Source of the DNA: Bacteroidales bacterium
GTDB lineage: Bacteria; Bacteroidota; Bacteroidia; Bacteroidales; JAADJA01
NCBI GenBank assembly: GCA_020438105.1
Contig: JAGQVE010000005.1
Location: 3,473 to 67,472 of the forward strand
Direction of reading: 5' to 3'
DNA: 64,000 bases
The position numbers and the translations under genes are program-made. This document shows positions 37,121-46,851 of the stretch, piece by piece; position 1 is the stretch's first letter, and each line of letters starts with the position of its first letter. The notes beneath the pieces were generated by a model. The model was given only the letters and a program-made list of their open reading frames with translations. It searched no databases and had not been told where the DNA came from.

Positions 37121-38764
37121 ATGAAACGAACATTACTTTCTTTTATCGTGCTGCTCACCGCTTCTCTGGCCCTGACTGCACAAACGGTCCAGCGCGACAA
37201 CGTCGTGATTGAGATCGGAACAGCTACCTGGTGAAGTTACTGCCCATATGCAGCAGCTGCAGCTGACAATTTGATCGCAAACGGTTTTGATGTCGCCGTT
37301 ATGGAACATCACGTATCTTCTTCCGCAACAGGTTTTTCCAATACCTATTCACAAGCCCGCGTTTTGTATTACGGAATCAGTGGAATTCCAAATTCATTCT
37401 TCGATGGTATTACTAGTGTGCTGGGCGGATCCACAGGTACTTACAATTCATTTTTATCCAAGTATAATCAACGCATTGCAGTTCCTTCAAACTTTACTGT
37501 CGCGATGAACGGAATGAACGAAGGTTTGGATTACACTGTGTTAATTAATATGGAAATGGTTGAACCATATACTGGCACCAACCTGGTTGCTCACCTGTCA
37601 CTTACCCAATCGGGGGTAATGTATGGAAGCACCCCATTTAATTATGTAACCCGCCGATTATGGCCAAGTGCAAGTGGTACTGCTGTTGATTTCAGTGGAG
37701 ATCCCAATCAAACAGTAATGCTTCAGTTTACTATGGATGCCGGCTGGAATCTGGATAATTGTGAGTTTATTGCATGGATTCAGGATAACTCTACGAAAGA
37801 AATTTTACAAGCAGAAAAAGTTGCTGTTAATGATCTGATGCCTATGTTTTATGACAACGCAACTTGCTTTGACTTGAGCATGGTTCCGGTAACCAACTGT
37901 GCCGGAGAGGTTTCTCCAAGGGTATCAATTACCAACGAAGGAGCATCAAACCTCACAACACTGGAAATCAATTATGTTATAAACGATGAGGGTATAAATA
38001 CTTTCAACTGGTCAGGCGACTTGTCTTATGGAGAGGTTGAGGAGGTTGATCTGCCAGCTGTTCCATTTGAAATAATGGAAGATAATAATCTCATGGTATA
38101 CACCACCAATCCAAATGGTAATCCCGACGAAGATCCGGTGAATGATACAACATATACTTCATTTACATCTGCTATTGAAGTGATTCCTGACATTCACCTG
38201 TATTTGAAGCTCGACGATAACCCGGAAGAAACGACCTGGGAACTGAAAAATTCAGCAGGTGATGTAATGTATTCAGGTGGTCCTTATGCTAATCCCGGAT
38301 TATTTGTTCAGGAAACATTCGCCCTTACCGAAGACGATTGCTACACTTTTTATATTTATGATGAAGGTGGCAACGGAATTGAAAGTCCCGGATTTTTTAA
38401 ATTAATGGATGGAAGTTTCGGAATGATTTACGAAAATAATGCATTCTCAACTGCCAATGAATCAATGCAGTTTGCTATTGATTTGGTTGGTATTGAAAAT
38501 CCAGCCACCAATAAATCCTTTAATGTATATCCGAATCCTTTCAATGATTTTACCAATGTTCAGTTTACACTGAATGAAAAATCAGAAGTAGAGGTAGCTA
38601 TGTACAATGTGATCGGAAAACAAGTATACCATTCAGATTTGCAAACCCTGAATGCCGGACAACAAAATATACTGATTGATGCAAGTAAGCTTGACTCCGG
38701 TATTTACTTTATTACCCTCATAAAGGGTGGAGAAATAAGCTCACAAAAAGTAACATTGTATTAA
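37121..38764 (+). CDS. secreted thioredoxin-fold protein paralog with in-frame TGA at the first redox Cys position (candidate UxxC selenoprotein; alternatively a nonsense-mutated pseudogene), T9SS cargo
   Basis: The ATG at 37121 opens an intact signal peptide (MKRTLLSFIVLLTASLALTAQ), followed by VVIEIGTATW-[TGA 37232-37234]-SYCPY. The TGA is in frame with the 497-codon ORF 37271..38764, which contains no other stop or frameshift. It is collinear with the 35298 paralog through to the type-A CTD. The gene has its own promoter-like box and terminator. Confidence 0.55.
37251..37265 (+). other. GC-rich hairpin downstream of the in-frame TGA (candidate SECIS core)
   Basis: CAGC-A-G [CUG] C-A-GCUG, with the apical loop 23 nt after the TGA. 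A positionally equivalent hairpin, UCAGCUC [UUG] GAGCUGA, lies at 35424-35440 in the Cys paralog. Folded by eye only. Confidence 0.3.
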
Positions 38765-38784
38765 TTTAATTAATGTTTCAAAAT

Positions 38785-38816
38785 AAGCGGTATTGTCTGT
38801 CAGTACCGCTTTTTTT
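38785..38816. terminator. rho-independent terminator
   Basis: AAGCGGTA-(11-nt loop)-TACCGCTT followed by TTTTT. Confidence 0.75.
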
Positions 38817-38855
38817 GTTACTTCATTGCAAATTCAGGCACAACCATTTTAAAGG

Positions 38856-38863
38856 TAACTTTG
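38856..38863 (+). promoter_or_regulatory. Bacteroidota -7 box-like motif (TAnnTTTG)
   Basis: TAACTTTG lies 63 nt upstream of the ATG at 38926. This is a motif match only. Confidence 0.3.
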
Positions 38864-38925
38864 TCTTGATTTTCGGAAACATCTTAACCAAATAAATATA
38901 TAAGGGTATTCAATAAACACAAAAA

Positions 38926-41900
38926 ATGAGAAAATCTTTACTTTTATCAGGGCTGGCATTTTGGATTACACTAATTGCTGCCCATGCAGGCATTGTTGAG
39001 AAAACGTATCAATTTACAGATTTTAAAATTCAGCAGGAACAAGGTTATCAATTGATTCAAATTGACGGATTATTGTTAACCGGGTTAGTTGGCGAACCAG
39101 CCTTACCTTATCAGGATGTGAAATTGGTTTTGCCTCCGGGCGAAAGGGCTGTAAGTATTGAATTTATTGGCAGCGATGAAATGTTGCTTTCGGGTAGCTA
39201 TTCAGTCTATCCGCAGCAACCAAGCCGCCCGCTTTCCGAACCCGGAAATGGTATATTTCAGAAAAACGAAAGTGTTTATCAGGCGAATAGTTTTTATCCG
39301 GCACAATCAACCGGTCAGTTACAAACCGCATATCTTAATGGTTATGCAATTGCAATTTCATCCTTTACTCCGATAAAATATAATCCTTCCACAGGGCAGG
39401 TTTCATTATATCAAAATGTAAAAATCAGGGTAGTTACCGGACCGGCCTCAAAATCTACTTTTGCGCTTCAAAATATTTCTTCTTCTGAAAGGATAAAAAG
39501 TCGTGTTAGCCGTTTTGTGCAAAATGAGGCGATGATGAAAACCTATCCATCCAAAGCCAAAAGTGGAAATGATTATGATATGTTAATCATAACTGCCGCG
39601 CAATTTGAAAACGAATTTCAGGATGTTATTGATCTGTATCTCCAAAGGGGTATCTCCGTTCAAATAACAACCAAAGAAACTATAAACAGTCAGGGAACCG
39701 GACAGGATCTGGCTGAAAAAATCAGAAATTATATCATTGATCAATACCAGGATAACGGCATAGAGTACGTTCTTCTTGGTGGTGATGTGGAGCATGTTCC
39801 ATATCGTGGATTCTATTGTTATGTTCAATCGGGAGGTGGTTATGAAGATAGTGATATTCCTGCCGATCTGTATTATTCAGCACTTGACGGAACCTGGAAT
39901 GATGATAACGACAACCGTTGGGGGGAAATTGGTGAAGATGACCTGCTTCCTGAAATAGCTGTTGCCCGTTTTTCATTCAGTAATTTGACTGAACTTAACA
40001 GCATGATCCATAAAACCACATCCTACCAGGACAATCCTGTTTTGGGTGAATTTAATGAAACAACCTTTGCCGGTGAATGGCTTTATTCCAATCCACTTAC
40101 TTACGGATCGGATTACCTGGAATTACTGATCGGATATCAAAATGAAAACGGTTACGAAACCTGGGGCATCCCTGAGACCTATAACTTTCATAAACTTTAT
40201 GAATCAACCGGATCATGGAGTGCTGCTGATCTTCGGGCGCAAATTAATGCCGGCCGGCAATATGTTCATCATGTAGGGCATGCCAACTCAACATATGTAG
40301 CATACATGAGTAATGGTGATATTACCAATGCCAATTTTTCTGGTGCTAACGGTGTGGATCATAACTATACTTTCTTTCAGTCGCATGGATGTATTTGTGG
40401 TGCTTTTGATGATAGTGACTGCATCATGGAAAAAATGGTAAGTATCGATAATTTTGCAGTTGCGGTAATTGGAAATTCACGATATGGCTGGTTTAACGAA
40501 GGACAAACGGAGGGCCCCGCAGCTCACCTGCACCGCGAGATGGTAGATGCCATGTACCACGAAAAGATCAATCACCTGGGAGCAGCATTTGTTGAATGTA
40601 AAATTCGAACCGCCCCATGGGTAACTGCTCCCGGACAATGGGAAGAAGGTGCATTAAGGTGGAATTTTTATGATATCAACATTTTAGGAGATCCGGCAAT
40701 CAGTATTCTTACCGCTGAACCTATCTCTATTTCCACCAGCTACCAGGCGAGCATTCCAATAGGGGTAAATGCTACTGATGTAAATGTTTCATCAGGCGGT
40801 GCTCCAATGGAAAATTTTATGTGTGTTGTTATAAAAGATGGTGAAATATGCGGCAGAGGAATTACCAACGCCTCCGGAGATGCTACCATCAATTTCGATC
40901 CCGTTTTTGCTGAAGTGGGTGAGGCACAACTAATTGTTTCAGGATACAATTGTTTACCAACTGCATACAATCTCGATATCATTCCCAATGATGGGGCATA
41001 TGTAATTTTTAGTGCCTATGAAATTGATGACAGCCAGGGTAATGCTAACGGAGCTCCCGATTTTGGTGAGACCATCAGCCTTGACATTGAAATGGAAAAT
41101 GTTGGATCTATAAATGCAACAAATGTTCAGGTGGAGCTTACCTCATCTGATTCATACATTACAATTACAGATGCAACTGAAAACTACGGAACGATACTGG
41201 CGAACAGTGTTTTGAATATTTCGGATGCTTTTGAATTTGAAATAGCCAATAATATTCCTGATCAGCATAATGTTGAGTTTGACCTGGAAGCCACAGGAGA
41301 TGATGTTTGGAATTCAAATTTCAGTTTTCTTATTAACGCTCCCGACCTTGTAATAGGGGCACTTACAATTAATGACCTTGAGGATGGAAACGGAAATGGC
41401 CTGCTTGATCCGGGTGAAACGGCTGACATTCAGGTAGAAGTTTTGAATAGCGGTCATAGTGCTTGTGAAAATGCCATTAGTGAATTAACATCAAGCTCTG
41501 CTTATTTTACGATATTGGATGGAGTAGTTAATCACGGAAATATGGCTGCCGGAACTATGGATATGGCCGTTTTTAGTATTGAGGTGGATGCCTCTGCTCC
41601 CATCGGATCAACGATTGATCTTGTTATTGAATTTATATCAGGTAGCTACCAGGCTGTTGAGCTGTTCAATATGCCCGTGGGGCTTGTGGTTGAGGATTTT
41701 GAAACCGGTGATTTTACTGCATATGACTGGGGTTTTGAGGGTGATGCCGATTGGACCATAACCAATGTAAATCCTTATGAAGGAACTTATTCTGCAAAAT
41801 CAGGTGCTATTAGTGACCAGGAAGAGTCAGTATTAATGATAACAATGGACGTAACCGTGGATGACCAAATCTCCTTTTTCTATAAAGTTTCATCAGAGAG

Positions 41901-42840
41901 TAGTTATGATTATCTCCGTTTTTATATCGACAACCAGATGATGGATGAGTGGGCAGGAGAAGCTGGCTGGGCTGAAGCCAGTTTTGCAGTTACCGCTGGT
42001 GAACATATCTTTAAATGGGCTTATGAAAAAGACCAGTCTGTTTCCAATGGTTCCGATTGTGCATGGGTGGATTATATTACCTTTCCGGCTACTTCAGGTA
42101 TGGGTAATTTCCTGAGTGTTTTGGTGCTTGCGAATCCGGATGAAATTTGCGAAGGAGAATCGTCTCAACTTAATGCCTTGGCTAATGGCGGATCCGGGAC
42201 ATACACATACAGTTGGGAACCAACCTCCGGACTTTCCGATCCTACAATTGCAAATCCGGTTGCTTCGCCGCTGGTAACCACTACCTACACCGTAACGGTG
42301 GATGATGGCGATAATTTGGTGGAACAGGAAATTACTCTGCAGGTGAATGAACTTCCCGAAACACCAATTATTACCAACGAGGGCGATCACCTTTTATCCT
42401 CAGCATCGGAAGGAAATCAATGGTATGATTCAAATGGAATGATTGCAGGAGCTACAGCGCAGGCATATTACCCAACAGCGGCAGACGATTATTATGTAAT
42501 TGTAACCAATCAGAATGGTTGTGAAAGTGAATCTTCCAACTCTTTGTTCTTTATATATACTGGTATTCCGGAAAACTACGAGTCATCAGTTGTAGTATAT
42601 CCGAACCCGGCCTCCGATCAATTTAACATTGAGTTTATGGTACCAAAGCATTCAAATGTAAATATCGAACTAATGAATAACCTGGGTGAAGTAAAAGAAG
42701 TATTTTATAATGCCGAAAATATTGAAAATGGTTTTTACAGCCAATCATTCGATTGCACAAACCTTTCACCGGGAATATATTTTGTTAAAATATCGATGAA
42801 TGATTCATCGGCTATCCACAAAATTGTTATCGCCAAATAG
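38926..42840 (+). CDS. divergent C25 (gingipain-like) cysteine peptidase, T9SS cargo
   Basis: Signal peptide and a propeptide-like N-terminus. The catalytic dyad contexts are YVHHVGHANSTY and FFQSHGCICGAFD, a different subfamily from the other three C25 genes. DDxGNxNG Ig-like repeats, the jelly-roll-like module (41680-42089), a CxGESxQLxA..GGSGTYTYSW Ig-like domain and a type-A CTD follow. Confidence 0.8.
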   Translation: MRKSLLLSGLAFWITLIAAHAGIVEKTYQFTDFKIQQEQGYQLIQIDGLLLTGLVGEPALPYQDVKLVLPPGERAVSIEFIGSDEMLLSGSYSVYPQQPSRPLSEPGNGIFQKNESVYQANSFYPAQSTGQLQTAYLNGYAIAISSFTPIKYNPSTGQVSLYQNVKIRVVTGPASKSTFALQNISSSERIKSRVSRFVQNEAMMKTYPSKAKSGNDYDMLIITAAQFENEFQDVIDLYLQRGISVQITTKETINSQGTGQDLAEKIRNYIIDQYQDNGIEYVLLGGDVEHVPYRGFYCYVQSGGGYEDSDIPADLYYSALDGTWNDDNDNRWGEIGEDDLLPEIAVARFSFSNLTELNSMIHKTTSYQDNPVLGEFNETTFAGEWLYSNPLTYGSDYLELLIGYQNENGYETWGIPETYNFHKLYESTGSWSAADLRAQINAGRQYVHHVGHANSTYVAYMSNGDITNANFSGANGVDHNYTFFQSHGCICGAFDDSDCIMEKMVSIDNFAVAVIGNSRYGWFNEGQTEGPAAHLHREMVDAMYHEKINHLGAAFVECKIRTAPWVTAPGQWEEGALRWNFYDINILGDPAISILTAEPISISTSYQASIPIGVNATDVNVSSGGAPMENFMCVVIKDGEICGRGITNASGDATINFDPVFAEVGEAQLIVSGYNCLPTAYNLDIIPNDGAYVIFSAYEIDDSQGNANGAPDFGETISLDIEMENVGSINATNVQVELTSSDSYITITDATENYGTILANSVLNISDAFEFEIANNIPDQHNVEFDLEATGDDVWNSNFSFLINAPDLVIGALTINDLEDGNGNGLLDPGETADIQVEVLNSGHSACENAISELTSSSAYFTILDGVVNHGNMAAGTMDMAVFSIEVDASAPIGSTIDLVIEFISGSYQAVELFNMPVGLVVEDFETGDFTAYDWGFEGDADWTITNVNPYEGTYSAKSGAISDQEESVLMITMDVTVDDQISFFYKVSSESSYDYLRFYIDNQMMDEWAGEAGWAEASFAVTAGEHIFKWAYEKDQSVSNGSDCAWVDYITFPATSGMGNFLSVLVLANPDEICEGESSQLNALANGGSGTYTYSWEPTSGLSDPTIANPVASPLVTTTYTVTVDDGDNLVEQEITLQVNELPETPIITNEGDHLLSSASEGNQWYDSNGMIAGATAQAYYPTAADDYYVIVTNQNGCESESSNSLFFIYTGIPENYESSVVVYPNPASDQFNIEFMVPKHSNVNIELMNNLGEVKEVFYNAENIENGFYSQSFDCTNLSPGIYFVKISMNDSSAIHKIVIAK

Positions 42841-42866
42841 TCCTTTGATTTTTGAAAAAATAAATA

Positions 42867-42897
42867 AAGAAGTAGCTTTGCCGGCTGCTTCTTTTTG
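42867..42897. terminator. rho-independent terminator
   Basis: AAGAAGTAGC-TTTGCCG-GCTGCTTCTT: a 10-bp stem including one G-U pair, followed by TTT. Confidence 0.7.
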
Positions 42898-43027
42898 TTT
42901 ACAGGCAACTAAATTTATTATGTTGTTGTCATTATTTAAACAATTTCAAGGGGTTTACCGTTTAATTACACTTTCTTTACCTAAGATAGCGTAAGCAGCA
43001 ATTAGATTAAATAACAATAAACTGATC

Positions 43028-46000
43028 ATGAAACAAACACAACGCTTCACCGCGACTATATTGATCGTGGTTCTTTTCACTGGTTTTGCTTTTGCACAAA
43101 AGCAAAACTATCCTTCAAAACCCAAAGACGGCCAAACTGAAATGGTCGACACCCGTATCGATAACATGGGATACTGGACTAAAAAGGCTGAACAGGGATT
43201 AATTCCTGTAAATCCGCCCATTCCAATTCCTCCTGCTGAATTCACGGGCAGTGAGATTAATGCCAAAAGTGTAAAAGGCGTAATGGAAGATTCACCCGAT
43301 GTACCACTCACAAGTGCAACCAATGTTTCTGAGTCGGAGAACTCGATATTTGTTGACCCATCCGATAATGAGTTTATCATAAACTCAAATAATTCTACTT
43401 CCTGGAGTGGCGGTTCAGTGGGTACCCTTTACGGAGCCAATTATTTTTACTCTGCTGATGCCGGAATTACCTGGAGTGGAACTCCGCAGGGTGCAGGAGG
43501 TACAAATTCCGGAGACCCGGCAACAGCCATTTCTCTGGATGGTACAAGAATGTATGTCAATTTTATTCACAGTAACGGTGGCCAGGGTGTAGCCCGCTCA
43601 ACCGATGGTGGATCTTCATGGCAAACAGCTGTTTGTGGAACGCCTCCCGGAGGATGGAATATTCTTGATAAAAATCACATGTGGATTGATAATGGACCTG
43701 TAAGTCCAAATGAAGGTAACCTTTATGTAGCCTGGACAGGGTTTGGTAATGCCAACGACAGTGAAATAGAATTTGTTCGCTCTACAGATGGTGGTGTTAC
43801 ATGGTCATCACACATGAACATTAGCTCTGCGGTGAATGCCGGAAGTCATAACCAGGGTGTAAATATTCAAACCGGTCCCAATGGTGAAGTTTATACTGCA
43901 TGGACCATTTATGATTCATGGCCACAGGATGAAAAAGCGATTGGTTTTGCTAAATCAACCAATGGTGGCAGTTCATTTACAACCGCCACAAGGATCATTA
44001 ATAATATTCGTGGAATCAGAAATACGGAGGTCGGTAAAAACCATCGTGTAAACTCATTCCCTGTTATGGCAGTGGATATTAGCGGTGGACCTTATAATGG
44101 AAATATTTACGTCGTTTGGACAAATATTGGTGTTCCGGGTGTTAATTCTGGAACGGATGCTGATGTTTATATGATAAAATCAGCGGATGGTGGCGAAAAC
44201 TGGTCAAGCCCTATGAAACTAAACCAGGATGCTTCCGGGCTGGGTAAAAAACACTATATGCCCTGGATCACCTGTGATCCCGAAACCGGTAATTTAAGTG
44301 CAATCTGGTATGACGACCGCAATGTTGGTACGAGTCAGTGCGAGGTTTATTGTGCCAATTCATTCGATGGAGGCGAAACCTGGGAAGATTTCAAAGTTTC
44401 TGATGTAGCATTTACCCCATCAGCTATTCCTGGCCTGGCCGGCGGATACATGGGCGATTACCTGGGAATTACCGCCAGGGGTGGTTTGGTTTATCCTGTA
44501 TGGACTGATAACCGCAATGGAATTTATATGGCTTATACTTCTCCCTTTGTTACCAACAGCTTACCAAAACCAGAAAACCTTGAGGTTGCTTTGGATGAGG
44601 CTACTGGCGCTACCCAGTTAAGTTGGGAATTTAACGGAGAAGATTTCCTTTATTTTAATGTCTATCGTAATGGAACCCTATTAGGAACAACCAACGATTT
44701 AACTTACAGCGACAACCTTCCTGATTATGGCGTGTTTGCTTATGGCGTAACAGCCATGCACGATGATGGTGAATCAGTTGCTGCTTCGGCAAGCATTCAG
44801 TGGGGAAATCCACACATCGCAGTTGACCCTGTTTCCGTAGGTGCATTTCTTGCTCCGGGCGAATCCACTACCAAGGCTTTCCTGATCGAAAATGTTGGTG
44901 AACTTCCCCTGGAATATTCATTGGCAACTTCAGTTACTTCTGGGAAAGGAACAAATGCTTATTGCGATGCCAGCGGTGGATGTGATGAATATATCAGCCA
45001 GGTAATTTTTGGTGATATTGACAACTCTTCATCCTGCGATGGTTATGCTGACTATTCCAATATGTCAACAACTGTAAATGCCGGCGAATCTTATGATATC
45101 ACCATAGTTAACGGAAACACCTATTCTTCAGATGACCTGGGTATCTGGATCGACTGGAACCAGGATGATGACTTTGAAGATGCCGGTGAAAATGTAGTTT
45201 GTGAAAGTGATAATGGCGGTGAGGGTACTTTTACAATTAATATTCCCGATGATGCACTTGCTGGCGAAACTACCATGCGTATCCGAATTAAATGGTCGGG
45301 TTCAGATTGCGGTAGCCCTTGTGGAGCTACAACTTACGGCGAAGTAGAAGACTATACCATCAGCGTGTTGGGATGGATTCAGGTTGAACCAACCGAAGGA
45401 ACCATTGCACCGGGTGAAAGTGAAAATATTTTTGTACACCTTGACGCTAGTGATTTAGCTGCCGGGGTTTATACAGCTGAAGTAAATATTACCAGCAACG
45501 ATCCTGATCTTAATAATGTGATGGTCCCTGTTTCATTGTTGGTAGGTGATGATGTTCTTCAGGTTACAGCAACCGGTGATCCTTTGAATATATGTGAAGG
45601 AGAATCAACACAACTTGAAGCGGCCGCATCGGGTGGTAGCGGAACATACACATACTCATGGGATCCTGAAGACGGACTAAGTGATCCGAATATTGCAACT
45701 CCTGTGGCAACTCCTGAAACAACAACTACTTACTTGCTATCAGTAAATGATGGTTTTAGTACTGTTACCGATGAAGTTACCATCAATGTTAATCCGCTTC
45801 CGGAAGTAGCCGGTACTCCTTCCGGAGAAACTGATATGTGCATGGATAGCCCGAATTCAACTTACACTACATCAGGATCCGTTGGTGCAAGCTCATACCT
45901 TTGGACGTTGGAACCTGCATCTGCCGGTTCAATCAGCGGAGGTGGCGACGTGGGGATAGTTGATTGGGATCAGTCCTTTGCAGGAACTGCTACAATTACA

Positions 46001-46570
46001 GTTGCCGGAATGAATGATTGTGGTGAGGGCATTGCTTCCGAAGTACTTGAAGTAAATATTCATGAAATTCCGGTAGTTACCCTTGATGCATTTGCTAAAA
46101 CCTATGATAACTTACCTGCCTTTGAATTAACAGGTGGTATGCCAGAAGGCGGTGAATACAGTGGAACAGGCGTATCCAATGGCATGTTCGATCCGGCTGT
46201 TGCTGGTGAAGGTATGCATACAATTACCTATACTTATTCAACTGAGTTTGGCTGCGAAAATTTTGCTGAACAAACCATTGAAGTTGAACATGTAAGTGGC
46301 ATTGCCGATTATGTAAATGGAATTAAACTTGAAATATTCCCGAACCCGAATAGTGGTATATTCACAATCAATTTGGACCTTAAGAATTCTGATAAGGCAA
46401 AATTGACAATATTGAATAACCAGGGCATGGAAATGCTGAATGAAGATATTGCCTTAAATTCAGCGTATTCAAAACAATTTGACCTGAGTCAGTTTGCTGA
46501 AGGATTATATTTCATTTATATCCAAACGGATGAGTCATCACTGTTAAAAAAGATCGTTATTCGTAAATAA
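43028..46570 (+). CDS. BNR/Asp-box repeat beta-propeller protein with GEVED domain, T9SS cargo
   Basis: Signal peptide. Six SxDxGxTW-type Asp-boxes are present: SADAGITWS, STDGGSSWQ, STDGGVTWS, STNGGSSFT, SADGGENWS and SFDGGETWE. The GEVED signature (TTYGEVEDYTISV), Ig-like domains shared with neighbouring genes and a type-A CTD follow. Confidence 0.8.
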   Translation: MKQTQRFTATILIVVLFTGFAFAQKQNYPSKPKDGQTEMVDTRIDNMGYWTKKAEQGLIPVNPPIPIPPAEFTGSEINAKSVKGVMEDSPDVPLTSATNVSESENSIFVDPSDNEFIINSNNSTSWSGGSVGTLYGANYFYSADAGITWSGTPQGAGGTNSGDPATAISLDGTRMYVNFIHSNGGQGVARSTDGGSSWQTAVCGTPPGGWNILDKNHMWIDNGPVSPNEGNLYVAWTGFGNANDSEIEFVRSTDGGVTWSSHMNISSAVNAGSHNQGVNIQTGPNGEVYTAWTIYDSWPQDEKAIGFAKSTNGGSSFTTATRIINNIRGIRNTEVGKNHRVNSFPVMAVDISGGPYNGNIYVVWTNIGVPGVNSGTDADVYMIKSADGGENWSSPMKLNQDASGLGKKHYMPWITCDPETGNLSAIWYDDRNVGTSQCEVYCANSFDGGETWEDFKVSDVAFTPSAIPGLAGGYMGDYLGITARGGLVYPVWTDNRNGIYMAYTSPFVTNSLPKPENLEVALDEATGATQLSWEFNGEDFLYFNVYRNGTLLGTTNDLTYSDNLPDYGVFAYGVTAMHDDGESVAASASIQWGNPHIAVDPVSVGAFLAPGESTTKAFLIENVGELPLEYSLATSVTSGKGTNAYCDASGGCDEYISQVIFGDIDNSSSCDGYADYSNMSTTVNAGESYDITIVNGNTYSSDDLGIWIDWNQDDDFEDAGENVVCESDNGGEGTFTINIPDDALAGETTMRIRIKWSGSDCGSPCGATTYGEVEDYTISVLGWIQVEPTEGTIAPGESENIFVHLDASDLAAGVYTAEVNITSNDPDLNNVMVPVSLLVGDDVLQVTATGDPLNICEGESTQLEAAASGGSGTYTYSWDPEDGLSDPNIATPVATPETTTTYLLSVNDGFSTVTDEVTINVNPLPEVAGTPSGETDMCMDSPNSTYTTSGSVGASSYLWTLEPASAGSISGGGDVGIVDWDQSFAGTATITVAGMNDCGEGIASEVLEVNIHEIPVVTLDAFAKTYDNLPAFELTGGMPEGGEYSGTGVSNGMFDPAVAGEGMHTITYTYSTEFGCENFAEQTIEVEHVSGIADYVNGIKLEIFPNPNSGIFTINLDLKNSDKAKLTILNNQGMEMLNEDIALNSAYSKQFDLSQFAEGLYFIYIQTDESSLLKKIVIRK

Positions 46571-46592
46571 CGTGTACAAAATATGAATTTCG

Positions 46593-46625
46593 AAGCCCCG
46601 GGGATATATTCCCGGGGCTTTTTTG
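46593..46625. terminator. rho-independent terminator
   Basis: AAGCCCCGGG-GATATATT-CCCGGGGCTT: a 10-bp stem followed by TTTTG. Confidence 0.85.
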
Positions 46626-46851
46626 CTTTATGATCCATTGATATTCAAATGCAACTATTTAAATTCACTCATTGTCAATTAGAATACTTTAAAGATTGAA
46701 ATAGGATCTTTAGGGTAATTTACGGGAAAATCATTTTGGTTTTAATCAATTAAATTTGGCTTAATTGCCGGATTTTTTGATATTTGCGCAACGATTTTTT
46801 TTACTCCACACAAAATATCATTCAAAAAATTTTTAACTAATACTATTTTCA

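Noticed and set aside
37232-37234. Genome-wide TGA reassignment (genetic code 4 or 25) as the explanation for the in-frame TGA.
   Set aside because: TGA terminates at least three well-supported genes in this window. These are the UPF0104 gene at 4985-4987 (in an ATGA stop/start overlap), recJ at 11823-11825 and the methyltransferase at 63536-63538. The TGA is therefore site-specific, not global.
37271-38764. The ORF-track model of a 497-aa protein starting at TTG 37271.
   Set aside because: It would lack a signal peptide and the redox motif while retaining a T9SS CTD. The 150 nt upstream are in frame and homologous to the paralog N-terminus, including its signal peptide. The gene therefore starts at 37121 and is either recoded or interrupted at 37232.
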